Assembly (NCBI GenBank): GCA_021432655.1
Contig: MU271380.1
Span: forward strand, 33,184 to 77,795
Length of the DNA stretch: 44,612 nt
Reading direction: 5' to 3'
From: Atractiella rhizophila
Taxonomy: Eukaryota
The position numbers and the translations under genes were made by a program. Of the stretch, positions 23,700-35,669 are shown in pieces. The first letter of the stretch is position 1; each line of letters starts with the position of its first letter. The notes below the pieces were generated by a model, which had not been told where the DNA came from, searched no databases, and saw nothing but the letters and a program-made list of their open reading frames with translations.

Positions 23700-24088
23700 T
23701 GTTTCGTGCCCAACATCCTTCAACTATACCTTGAGTCGTTTTTGCAGAGTATTAGCAGCAATCTATCAAATATTCTCCTCAGTCTTCATGTTTCCCTTTC
23801 GACTTTCCTACTTTTTTTCATCTCCGGACTGCATGTTTAATTGGATCAGTTCTCGCCACATGTTTTATTGCAGTACATTTGTTTAAGTTGTTATGATATC
23901 ATCAATCGTCTCTTTTCCTTTCACTGTCCAACTACAGATACGATATTTCCATTGATTTTCATTCATGTCCACAAATCCTGCAAAGGCCAATTGGCAACGT
24001 TACGAGACAAGAAGGCTTACAAAAGGAGAACAACTGGATATCAACAATGCACAACCAAGATTGCGGTCGGGTCATTAGCTAACTACAT

Positions 24089-24819
24089 TTACCCCCAGAA
24101 AGTGGGATTAACACTGCGTGAGCGCTTGATATGTTTCATCGCCTTGTCCTTTCCTTTCTTAGACGTCGAGGGGCCTTTGCTCTTGCGGCTGCTTCCCCTT
24201 CTCGTACCCTTGGTGATGGGGTTTGGCATCGCCGGCGTGCTGACGCCTTCCGCTTTATGTCCTATTGCATCAATCAGTGAAGAGCAAAGATATGAAACGG
24301 GGAAGACAAACCTTGGAAAGCAGTCGAGTTGTCCTTGGACACATTTAGTGGTTGCAGCACCTCAGTCGTATTGTTAACTTTTGTGTCATTTGTCAGCACA
24401 ATTCTTGCACACATCAAGTCGACGTACCAGAAGCCAGAGTCGAAAAACCTTTGGAGGTCAAAGTTTCGGCCTTTGGTCGCATCCCAGTCGAGTGTGGTGT
24501 TGCCGCCTCATGGGCTACCCAGTTCAGGAAGGTCAGCGGCAAGAGCTAAATTATAAAAAGACCTACTTGAGTCCAAAGCCTTAACAATACCACTACTTCC
24601 TTCGTCGCCAATCACGTCCTGATGATTCCCGAAGCCATCCAACCCAGCCGCCGCGAGAAGTGACTTGTATTTCTCAGTCTTAGGACCACGAACGCGTTTG
24701 ATCGCTTTAAACGTAGGAGTCGTATGAGACTGAGAGGTGTATGCTAGAGTGAGGGAGACGGTGAGGATGAAAAAGACCAGGAAGGTCAGCCCGTTACTAT
24801 TGGAGGTTAAAGAGCGCAT
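24089..24819 (-). CDS. Orphan small secreted protein (~192 aa, 4 exons)
   Basis: Exons 24819-24567, 24514-24428, 24377-24312 and 24261-24089 join in frame across canonical introns. Hydrophobic N-terminus LTFLVFFILTVSLTLA, N-glycosylation sequons (NTT, NVS, NST) and a basic C-terminal tail. Confidence 0.75.
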
Positions 24820-26253
24820 TGTGGTATAGATACGAAGTATATAGCAAATAAAGAGTGTGGTACGAATGCACTGATGAGTGATACGAAGAAAAGACAGTGG
24901 CGAATGGTGGATAGGAGAGGGAGGGGAAGGGCTGTTTTTGAACTTCCCACATACGGTCGTTCACAAGGGGACTTCGAGCGGGAAGTATTTTCCCATGCCA
25001 ATCTTAGCGGTTTGACTTTGGATCGATCCGTCTCTTCATGAAGTTCTCGTGAGAAGGCGGATGACGCTGGACCTGCTAAAACCAACATCGCAAGTCTGTT
25101 GTCAAGTCGGTTATGATATATACCACACATACAATCTCAAAGCGAGAGGAGTGTTCACAAGAAGACCATGACTAGTCAGACACTTCAATGTATCGCAATC
25201 CTCGCTTGTGGAACAACCTGTGAGAAAATTCAACCTCAAAGTGGGAATTGCCAGCGGCCGACAAGCAAAACGCGCCAAAGTAATAATAATGTTGTATGTA
25301 GGATCAACATTGTCACTTTGATCCTGCTCCGATGGGAACGTCATCAGAAGGGGGGGAACATCTCTATTATTTGATATCTCGTCTACTGCTGCCACAATGA
25401 AGCGGCAGCAGCGCACATTAACCAAACGGTCATTCAATTTGCTTGATCATTAGAGTTGGCTCTAATGATTCGGCTTGTAGGAAAGCGAATCCTATTGGTG
25501 GTCAACAATAAGACAGTATGGGACACTGAAACGTATGAAGTTCATTACTGTGTTCCCGCGTCGAGGGATCCCGCTGACAGTATTTTGCATATCTCCCAGC
25601 ACTTCTTCTTCTACGAAATAATGGAAGCAATGACTAAAAGCTAAAACGTGGACTACTGTCGTTGCGGAAGCAAAGAAACAGCCGCGGACTGCCATCTTCA
25701 GGCAATGGAAAACTTGAAATCAATTGAGAAATATTTCCGGCAAGGAGAAGTGGCCACCATAAGACGCAGATAAAATGAAGCGTAGAATGCTACTTGAGAG
25801 CTTGAGACGCCATCATGAGAGAAGAAGAGAGACATTGGCATTTCCGAAATAGGCAAGTGCCGCTCGCTTCAGAATTTTTTCTCATGTCAACCAAGTTCTA
25901 TGATGGACCTCGCTTTAGAGTCGCTCTTTCCCTTGACTAGTGGGGCTCCAGGGTGCTCGCGAGGCTTAGAACGTGCCATTAGGCATCCCTAGATCAACAC
26001 TCCTCGTCTTCCAACCTCCCTTCGCTGTTACTGGGTCGGGGGCGGGAGATGGTGTGGACATTTATCGTGGGTATTGTCGTGGGTAGCGGGAGAAAAGTAA
26101 GCATTTTATTTTAGGAAGTCAGTACAATGGCAGAGTACAAATGAGACAATGGTTTTCGTATTATGGCATTTTCATTCTGCGCGCTGTAGATACTAATTTG
26201 GATGTTAAACCATCCTTTTGAAATTTGTTTGATGCTCTCAATCCCCTGACTGT

Positions 26254-27869
26254 TCACTGGGCTTTCATTGCGACCCAATACAAGAATGGAACTGTTGCCC
26301 GCCAATTGTCGGCCTTCATTCCCGGAGAGAGAGAGAGAGAAGTAGGAAAGACGGGACCAGGAACTCACTCCACACGTGTCTATTCCTATCATTCAATTCC
26401 TCCTTCACTCCCTCTCTGAACTCTTCAATTTCCGAATCCGTGAAACCGATGGTATGATATGCTCTCCTCAGACTGTCCAACTCAGCTTCGATGGCCTTTG
26501 CCATTTGACGCCCGCTGAAACGCAAGGTCGCTTCTTGCGGCCATTCTCCAGCCGGAATATCGATTTGTTGTTCTGGGGCCATTCAGCTTGAGCAATGAAA
26601 GGGAAGATGAGACTCGCGAAGAATGTGTGAATAGCTCCCGTCTTGTTGTAGATATCTTTTGATGTCGACCGTCAAGGGGGCTACGTCTGTGCATGGTACA
26701 ATGTGCACGTCAGTGTGGCTGCCAGTTCAAAAAGAATGTGGAAAGAAAGAAAACACACGATGACTAGCATGTATCAGGACGACCGAAGCTTGGAACTTTT
26801 CGAAATATTCCCCTTTTGTATCATTGTATGAAGCTAATTGCCCACGTCTACATGATGCGGCAGAAGCGGAGGGAATACTCACTGGCAAATCGTTTCTCGC
26901 ATAGAGAGACCAATCCGCCGACTCTTAATATACGGGATACTTCGCGAAGCAAATGTGCCCAGTCGATAACCTGTCTGCTTCATTACTAGCCCATTCGCAT
27001 TAAAAGACAGTCGTACCCCTCCGCCGAGAAACCTGAGAATCAAACTCAGTCGTTGGCGGGGACAGGTAAGAAGGCTCCGTGTACCTAATGTGCACAAAGT
27101 CGAAGCTTTTCTGATGTGACGAGCGTCAGCTGTCTGGAATTGGAGGATGACAAGGCCTACATCCTCAAATGCGAAGCGTTCATTTGCGTCTTGTCGGTAG
27201 AATTCAACGTTGGGAGGCGGTCGTTCCGGTTGAACGGGAGCAATGTCCACGCCTGCATCCTATTCAGCGTCCACCCCAGATGGGATGGCGGCAACGACGC
27301 ACCTATCACTTGACTTTGTGGATACCCTGTGCAGCACGCAACAATCAGAGCTACATTAGACATCAACGATGTTGACAGCGTACGCTCGGCCATACCCAAA
27401 ACCCTTGATCATTCAGCGAGTTTTGAAGACATAAAAATGAATAGCGAACCATTCTCCAGTGCCACACCCAATGTCGAGGATATTCTTGGGACCTGGGTCT
27501 CTTCGACCTCGGACACCTGGGATGGGAACGGACAGGTCGTCAAGACGCATGTCTGGGAGCGTCAGGCTTCCGGCTTTTTGAGGGCAATCTCAATCCATAC
27601 AGCTCGAGATTATGGGAAGGACTATGCTCACATAAATGAGCTTTGAGAAGCTAGATCACAGTCAAGGTTTTCTAGATGATCGTCCGTGCGGAGACTAACC
27701 TCATGCATGATACTCCATCGCCTTTGTTCAGGCAAGTCAACGCTGATGAAGGATGAAGACATTCTGTTAGCAGGATGAGATGAAAGTAGTGCGGAGCGTA
27801 CGGATAAAAGTAATTGTGATTGGCAACATAGAAGCGTCCTTGATACTCTTCATAAAATCTTTGCGCCAT
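26254..27869 (-). CDS. Class I SAM-dependent methyltransferase, LaeA-like family; 14 exons, start codon uncertain
   Basis: The spliced product contains QGRFY...YFYPVDLPEQRR, NILDIGCGTGEW (motif I), YPQSQVIGVDIAPVQP..PPPNVEF, SFDFVHIR, DWAHLLREVSRILRVGG, IPAGEWP and ends LYWVAMKAQ*. The frame stays open if one GC-AG intron is accepted. Confidence 0.88.
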
Positions 27870-29537
27870 TCCTATGCTTATTCCTGTTCTTTTCTGAGCC
27901 TTGACGTCAGAGATGGTTCGTGGGTTCAGCAAGACAAAGTTATGTTGAAGCCTTTTATCCTACACTAATGACAACTGCAGTGACATAACATGACAATCTT
28001 CAGCCTCTTTGGACCGTCCAAGTTGATTGCATCAACTTGCCTTGATGACGGTAGGGGTCGACCTAAATGGGTTTTCCTTTTCACGTTGAGGGACGATCTG
28101 AAGTTGCTGCTGGTTTGCAGGATTTTGCACGCTTAAAATTAAACGAGGAGGTGGCTGGGTCCAGCGGACGAAACGAGCAGCCGATGGAATCGAGCCTTCC
28201 ATGGTTTATTTAACAGATCTGATGTCACAAACGATGCTCGATCGTCAGCCTAAACCTAGGCCTTTCAATCAGCTGGCACGCCATGGAATGTTGGCGGAAG
28301 ACCTGCCTGAGCTCCGCCCAACTCCTTCGAGATTTCCAAAAGCTGTCAAAGCTTTCAATGCCCTTGATCGAAGCCCCGCTGAGCTACGTTAATAAATTTG
28401 TTCAAAGTTGCATACATTCCTTCATTTATCCTCACAGCCAATTGTTTGGCTGCCAGATATGCTTGGTTACATCGTGGTCTGTCGTGCACGTGCCCTACCG
28501 TTGGTTTTTCTCAGCCATCGCTTTCCAACATATATGATGCTTACTTCGCCGCAATGAAGGACTGCCCATGTTCTAGAAAGGAAATCATTTCAGTCACGTC
28601 ACCGTATTTGTTCTGTGGACATGTGACTGCCCTTCTTTTGGATTGGCACTTCGCTTCGCCTTTGCCATTGAAGAAAAGTTGTTGTACAAGCTTGAACTCT
28701 GTCGGCGTTAATTTTAGATACTTCATCCAGAAGACCAATGACCGTAAAAGAAAAGGTCTGTATCAATCACGGTTCATACCGTTGAGTTTACTTGTTTATT
28801 ACGCTTTTTGCTGCTGTTTTCCATTTCCAGTTCCGCCGAACTTCCACCAAGACTCGTCCGTGAAGCATGAATGTTTCCCAATGCTCTGGGCAGCGACTAT
28901 CTCATATCGCAGTTGAGAAAGTAAATAGCACTGGCAACCGTCTTTTTCAAGTTCCGGGTATGATCTTCAGGTTATGCGCCCCTCAAACGGTCATGACATG
29001 ATATCAAATGGCTCGTTAAGACCGCATCTCTTCCTGCTTCTGAAAGGGGTTGGACACATCACCGGCTACCGTTCATGTGAATTATGAGTTGGTCGCCATC
29101 ATCAAGATATAGAAGTATGCACTAGTTCTCGTGATGCTTTAGTTCGTAGCACTTTCTGATGTTCCACCATGTTCTGTTTGGTGCTCCAATAGCTTATTGG
29201 TGGCTACTTTATGACACGACACGTAGCAATAACATACCTTGCACAAGGTGCCAGTGAGGCGGGGCTTTTTGGAACTGAATGGTAACGCGTTGAGCATTTA
29301 GGAGGCGAGTAGTAAGTATCATCCCAAAATCCTTTCTTTCATGATGAAATCCCTTATTCGTAGCACTCAGCGCAATGTTGACGAGCCGAAGAAAATATGC
29401 GTTCATGTATCCTGACATTACAAAGAAGATATGATTCCAAACAAACCTACAACACTGCAAAGCGAAGCAAAGCAAGGATTAGCACCAGTTTCCTACTAGT
29501 AGTCTACAGTCGCACCGTCGTTCGTGTCAGCCTCAGC

Positions 29538-31641
29538 TCAGAAAACAGCCTCTTCCTCCTCCAAAGCTCCCGCTTCGGCAACAAGCACCTCGTCTCTCCT
29601 CTCCTTCGTCCCCTCCCTCCACTTCGGCTTGATCTCCTGGAGCAACCAACTGGAGGCAACCCCGACTCCGGTCCAACAGATCATCGCGTACCAGATAAGT
29701 TTCCCTCCAAGCAGATTGTCTATTGCAGAATCAAAGTCAGTGAGAAGGGCAGGAGGATAGGAAGGAAGGGACGAACAGTCAATGCTCAATGCGAAGAGGG
29801 ATGTTGCGCTCATAGGCCCCAATCCTCGTCCTAAGGAGGCAGCGCTTTGGGTGACGCCGTTGAGAGAGCCGAGAAGGGAACGAGAAGGGGCTTGCATCGT
29901 TCACCATTATCTGCGAAAGTAACCAGCAGGGGATCATCAATCAATGGCTGACAAATGAAACAAATGTTGGCAGAGGAGGAGAGAAGACATACGAGGAGAG
30001 ATGCCCAGACTAGATCTGCGAATACTCTGAGTCCTAGAAGCGTCCCGAGGGCGGGCCAGACATAGCGTTTGTACTCGTTGTTTTCGGGAGGAGGAGGTGT
30101 ATAATGCGCTCTGGCGACGGCGTTACAGACTGGGAAGAGGGCGAAGACGATGGGGTATACGAGCATCGCACTTCTGTACAGTCTCAGGGTGCCAAGTGCC
30201 CTCTGAAGTTTTGGGAAGATGAAAAACTGGTTGAGCATGCTGCAAAAGCCAAGGAACGATAAAGCCTTTCCGATATCAGAGACCGTGAAACCGAGCCCGC
30301 CGATGAGGACCGGCGTGTAGCAGAAGAGGGTAAGAAGTGATTGAAGGCAGATGACTTGAAAGGCGAGTACGAAGTAGTTCAGAAGCAGCAGCGCGATTTG
30401 ACGCGTCATCAGTGCGCGCATCGCATGTTTGAACTTGCGAGAAGGTGAGTTGGAGCGTCCCCTTCCCTCTTCTTCTTCTTCGTCGATATCCTCTTCCTCA
30501 CCTTCTTCGTCAGAAGGTGGAACGTGTTTTTTATGGGAGAGCTTCATTTTGTATGTCTGTCCCATCAAGGCATTAATAAGCAGATGAAACGAATGAAAGG
30601 AAGTTGTGATTACGAACCTCTTGCCCAAAGAAAAGGATGACGAAGAAGGCGAAAAGAGGTAAAAGAGCCGCAACAGTTGTTGGGAGTGCATAAGGGTATT
30701 GTCGGAGGAAATCATGGAAAGGATTGCCGTGTCCAAAGAAGTTGGGATAGCGAGTTGTGGGTTGAGAGAGGTATCCACCAATGAGCGGTCTGTTCGAACT
30801 GTGAGCGAGGGCAAAGAAAATGAGAGAGGAAAGAAACCCTATGATGGCACCACTTGACCAGCAAACCATAAGAATGGCGAATGCTCTCGCCTGGTTGTGT
30901 TCATCCGTCAACTCTCCAATCATGCTACAAAAGGAGGGCTTTTGAGTTGTGTTTGATTGATGGAAGGCAGAAGCTAACCTCTTCACGCATCCTATGAGTC
31001 CGTTCAGAGCTCCGGCAGCAACACGAGAGAATATCATAGCGCTGTAGCTCTTGGAGAGCCCAAACGATATAGACGCGAAGGAAACGACAAGGAGGGACAT
31101 GAGGATGATAGGCTTCCGTCCATAAAGGTCTGAAAGGCGACCCCATTGGAATACTAAAAGAAAAAGGTTTCCAATAAGTAGTAAGACTTTTGGTAAAACG
31201 AACCAGTAAGAAATTGTGCCAGTGCGAACGAAGATTCCTGCGTGGCGATGTCTGCATTTGAGCTCATCAACAACGAAGTGGACGAACAATGAGTCCAACA
31301 TAATACCCGACCTTCTCAGGATCTCTGGTAATGCGTAAATCTTCCACCATATGGTTCACAAACGGTAGAGTGGTCGTGAGAGTCACTCCCTAAACAAAAA
31401 ACAAACACGCGACGTAATCCAAAAGCAAGAGTCAGATTTCAAATCCATGAGACGAAATGACGATAATGAGAGGAAAGAGGACCTCTGCAAATCGCGAAAA
31501 GGAGAGAATGATTATCTGCCATTTGTTTGCTCCTAACGAGGTAGATGGAGCTGCTGTTTTTGAAGATTTGGGAGGAGAGGAAAGGAGGGGCGTGCGCTCA
31601 TCCGTGAGCGTTATCTGAGAGGCGCGGTTTTCGGGTTCCAT
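29538..31641 (-). CDS. Major facilitator superfamily transporter (DHA1/ZIFL-like), multi-exon
   Basis: MFS motif A WGRLSDLYGRKP, plus IGELTDEHNQARAF, GPLIGGYL and YPYALP, with many hydrophobic helices. N-terminal ERTPLL is a dileucine-type sorting motif. Confidence 0.92.
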
Positions 31642-32959
31642 CTCGATATTCCTCGTCAGCTTTTCTGGTGACACATAGTTTCGATACTTACTTTGATAAA
31701 TCAGGAGAGTTTCTGTCCTGGGAAGCTGGAACTTTTGAGAAGAGCGCGTCAAAAGGATGGTCGTCAATGTCAATGGATGTGCGCGGCCGAAAGTTGGATA
31801 AGCGGCACGGATCTCGGCCACAAACAACGGCCAGATTGATCAGATATTTCTGCGCTTTCTGCGCTGACGAGCGTCAACCCACGACCCGGGACATGATGCA
31901 AGCAAACCCCATTAGACAGATTTCTCAGAGTCTTCCTATCCAGGGAATATCAGAGACCTATTGATCAGAATCAGACGACGACCACCAGAAAACATCTCCG
32001 TATACACAAGAGACTCCATGACTGAGGGAATGGTATTTGAGCAACTGCTCATCTCCTTTCCAGTACCTCCCATCGTATCTTACAGTGCCGCTTACTGTTC
32101 AGTCATCCATTCTCGTTGCTCAAGGGCAGCATAACAAACACTGGACAAACCTGCTGCTGCGACTGAAACAGCTTAACGGATTAGAGCAGACTTGGACTAG
32201 TTTGACTTATGGTCGAATCCTTGCGTCTCCTAACTCGGACACAGGCCGAATATTGTTGTTGCGTTGTATTTACTTTAATCCGCCTGCAGCGAATACCGTC
32301 TGGTCGGTCCGTCCAAAAGATTCTGCGGCAAATGTGTCTAGTGTTTCTGTTCAAGCTTACTCACGCTCACATCAGAACATTCTCCCGCACCCCAATGCCG
32401 ATGCCGATGTACCTCCAAAAAATAAGCAGGAGTTAGTACGTCAGACATATGAACATAAAGAAATTGGAGTAGGTGATCAGTAAGTCGAACGCTTGAATAT
32501 GCACAAATGCGAGAACTTGAGTTGAGAAACAGATATTGTGGCAAACAGTTTTGAGGCAAGGAAACAAGTATGCCGGTTTCTACAATGAAGTCTGGAAGAG
32601 GTCCCGAAGAAGCTGGGGGAAACGGGAAAGGACAGGAGCCTTATGGGAAGTGTCGGACACCTACATATATCATTTGCTCTGCTATCAACCCAAAGATCCG
32701 TACCCCATCACCAATCACGAAGGTGAGTGGTCGAGTCGAGTCAGAAGACGAGTGACGAAACACCGACACCAGTTGAAAAGTTGAAAGCGAGTAGATTGAC
32801 TCGAGCTATAGATAACGCGAAGACGTTACTCTGCGGCAGCTTTGAATCGTTCAAGGTTCACTTGAACCTGATCCCTAAGCGCTGCGCTCTCCAACCCACT
32901 TTTCAACGCGCAGGCAATTCGCCCGAACCTCGAATACAAGCCGATAGGTTCAGTAACTC

Positions 32960-33587
32960 CAAGTCATCGCGGTCAAGCAACAGAAGTTCAACCAGACCAA
33001 TTTTGTAGCTCAGTCTTCCACTCCAGGGAAGATTTCCGTGCTCAATTATCCTGAGATCGTTATTCCGTCTGGTTCTTTTGTTGATATATTTATACGCGCT
33101 CGTCACCTCCGCAGGGCCGACCGCCCGACGTCGGGTTGCAGGAAGAAGCGAGAGCTGTCATGTCATCCCGTGGATGCTCCCGAAACGCAGGAGGACTGGT
33201 GGCGCTCCTTGCTGGCTACTTTCCAGTTCCTGGCTCCTCGCGGATTACAAAGCTGATTGTTCCTAATGTGTAAGCAAGGTAACAGTGTCGATCAAAAAGT
33301 GGTTCGCATGGCAGCGGCGGGTATTGAAAGGACTTAGATCCTTGCAACGAGGAATCTCAACAAAGTGGTGCTTCTCTGCCGCTCAACTCATCCGCATATT
33401 GAACGGTGGCAAAATCTATGAAGGGGTGGAAGATGTGTCACAACCCGTCCTTCCTCCCCCAATCTTCCCGGTCAGTGGAGCCAAGCCGGTTTCGGCTAAC
33501 GATCAGTCCAAGCCTTCGGAAAGCTGCGTAAGCCTGAGGCTCAAAGTTGCATTGAACATCAGAAGGCTCGAGAACTGCCTCCAGTAA
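32960..33587 (+). pseudogene. Relic of a leucine-rich (possibly F-box/LRR-type) coding sequence
   Basis: Broken frames read FIRARHLRRAD, LAPRGLQS*LFLMC, GLRSL and FSAAQLIRIL. The duplicate at 35595+ differs largely at synonymous positions in this frame, implying former coding constraint. Confidence 0.4.
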
Positions 33588-35593
33588 CTCCCTTTCCAAT
33601 CCGTACATGGGCGCATCCACCCCGGCTGGGAACGGGAGTTGGGCACGTCAGTGGCGTCACACAGGAGTGGACATGCATCTCGGCTAGTCATCAAATATAA
33701 GATGGTTTGGATGACGCCCATCTCGTCAAAGGAAGGGTAAAGGCCACCCGCATTATACCCGTTTTCAAGTTCGTTTGTAATACAAGTTTATTTTCGAGTA
33801 TGGAAAGGTTTGCGGCTCGCCAGATGAAGGCGCCACCACTGGATAGAAATACGGCGTGTCGCGTATGTAGGTCTCGAAAAGTTCGGTAAGCATTCACATT
33901 CTGTTTCTGTATTTCGCGTATGTGGATCAAAGCGCGTTTTTGATGACCGTCTCGTTCCGTATGCAGGTGTGACGGTGTTCGGCCAATCTGCGGTTCGTTC
34001 TCCACCCCAGCTTAACGCGTTCAACATCACCTCACCGAGATAGGGAATCGCTGATTTAAAATGGATAGGTACATGTATTCGGAGCGCCAGAGCAAGAGGA
34101 CTTCAGCCTGAAGAAATGAATTGCACTTGGCCTCCATCACCTTCGACTTCTCGCTCGAGCAGCAGCGCACCGTTACGTGGACGAAGCCATTCGTTCGGCA
34201 GCTCATCAAGTTCCCGCGTCCCTTCGGACGATCAAGATGGAGAAAGGATCGCGCAGCTGGAAGCTCGAATATGTAAGCCATGCTCTTTGTTCCTGGTGAT
34301 GGATTGACCAATGCCGAGAAGCCAGATTGGAAATGATGGCCGAACACAACCTCAATCTCCTAGGAATGATGCAACAACAACTTCCACCACTCCCCAACCT
34401 CCAACTCCCCCAGAATCGTCAATTCCCAACCTTGACATCGATGGCCCAAGATTGGACGCTCGCAAATGAACGAGGCGTTGACTCTTCCGCTTCTGGTTCA
34501 CCCCGCACAACGGTCTCATCGGACACCAACCTGGAAGACCTCCTCCGCTCTTTCTCTCAAACAATGGGATCGGAATCCATGGCAGGTACGCAATGGGGAG
34601 CGGGACAGCAAGACGAAGCAGAAGCGAGAAGGGGAAGTGATGAAACAGTGAGAGGGAACGAGGATCAACGGCAAGCTTAAAGTTTGGTTTTCTCTTTTTT
34701 TGGAAGAAGTGGCGGGTTTCACGCTGTCGTTGTAAGATATTGTGCGTATGTGTGTACTATATTGGCGAGACATGGATCGGGTGGAACAGACTTGGGATAG
34801 ATTAATGTCTCCCTTCAAGTTGTGGGCTACACCACATACCGGATACAGCAGGATTATGTACCCATGGATTTCATTCCTTTTCTGGCTCAGGTTATGTCAT
34901 TTGTATTTGTACTCTCTTTCAAACGCTCAACAGTGCATCGTCCAGTGCTTGTGTATTGTTAATACCACATGAACTGAGCATTTCTTTGGAGCTCTGCAAA
35001 CGCATCCCTCGGCACAAAATCCTTGGTAAATGGCGCACTTACGCACTTTCCCCAGAACCACATAAGAATCTGCAGCCTATAACTCCTACATTCTGACTAT
35101 CATGAACCTTTCCAACCTCATTCCATCTCAGCCCTACTATGATACCAGCCCACAAAAACAGAACATGCCATCATTGAGTCAGAGACCTAACCCTACTTCG
35201 GTGTGGAGTACAAGTCATCACCAACAACCACTTGCCACATCCATCGAACGACCATCAGACCACCACCCAATCCACTCCCACGCACTCCCAACATCCAACA
35301 GACAACATGGCGATGAGCATGCCCTTTCCAGCACGCAACCCTAACACTCAAACCGACGAAGAATCTGCCCCTGCCCCCTCCAACTCTACCAAAGTCGTGC
35401 CTCAGGTACATCTCCCCCTCACATCCCTCCCCCTTTCCTTCCTCCTAATGTACAGCTTTTCTGACATACAGCAGGATCTTGCCGTCCGCTTGATCTGTCC
35501 GGACTGTAATCGGAATCCGCCGAATTTGGTGGAGGAGTATGGGAGTGGTGATGTCGTGTGTGCGGATTGTGGATTGGTCGTTGGTGATAAGAT
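33142..35593. repeat. Tandem segmental duplication, copy 1 (~2.45 kb)
   Basis: Near-identical to 35595-38048; the ORF track repeats with an offset of 2455. Confidence 0.97.
33800..34680 (+). CDS. Short Zn(II)2Cys6 transcription factor (~224 aa), copy 1
   Basis: Exons 33800-33885, 33967-33992, 34069-34272 and 34322-34680 give ACRVCRSRKVRCDGVRPICGTCIRSARARGLQPEEMNCTW, followed by the coiled coil RIAQLEARISRLE. Confidence 0.9.
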
Positions 35594-35669
35594 AGAAGAA
35601 GCGAGAGCAGTCATGTCATCCCGTGGATGCTCCCGAAACGCAGGAGGACTGGTGGCGCTCCCTTGCTAG
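35307..35669 (+). other. Truncated TFIIB duplicate: N-terminus and zinc ribbon fused to a novel ~24 aa tail
   Basis: Near-identical to TFIIB exon 1, intron 1 and most of exon 2 (CPDC...CADC GLVVGDKI). It then reads across the junction into EEARAVMSSRGCSRNAGGLVALPC*. Confidence 0.85.
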
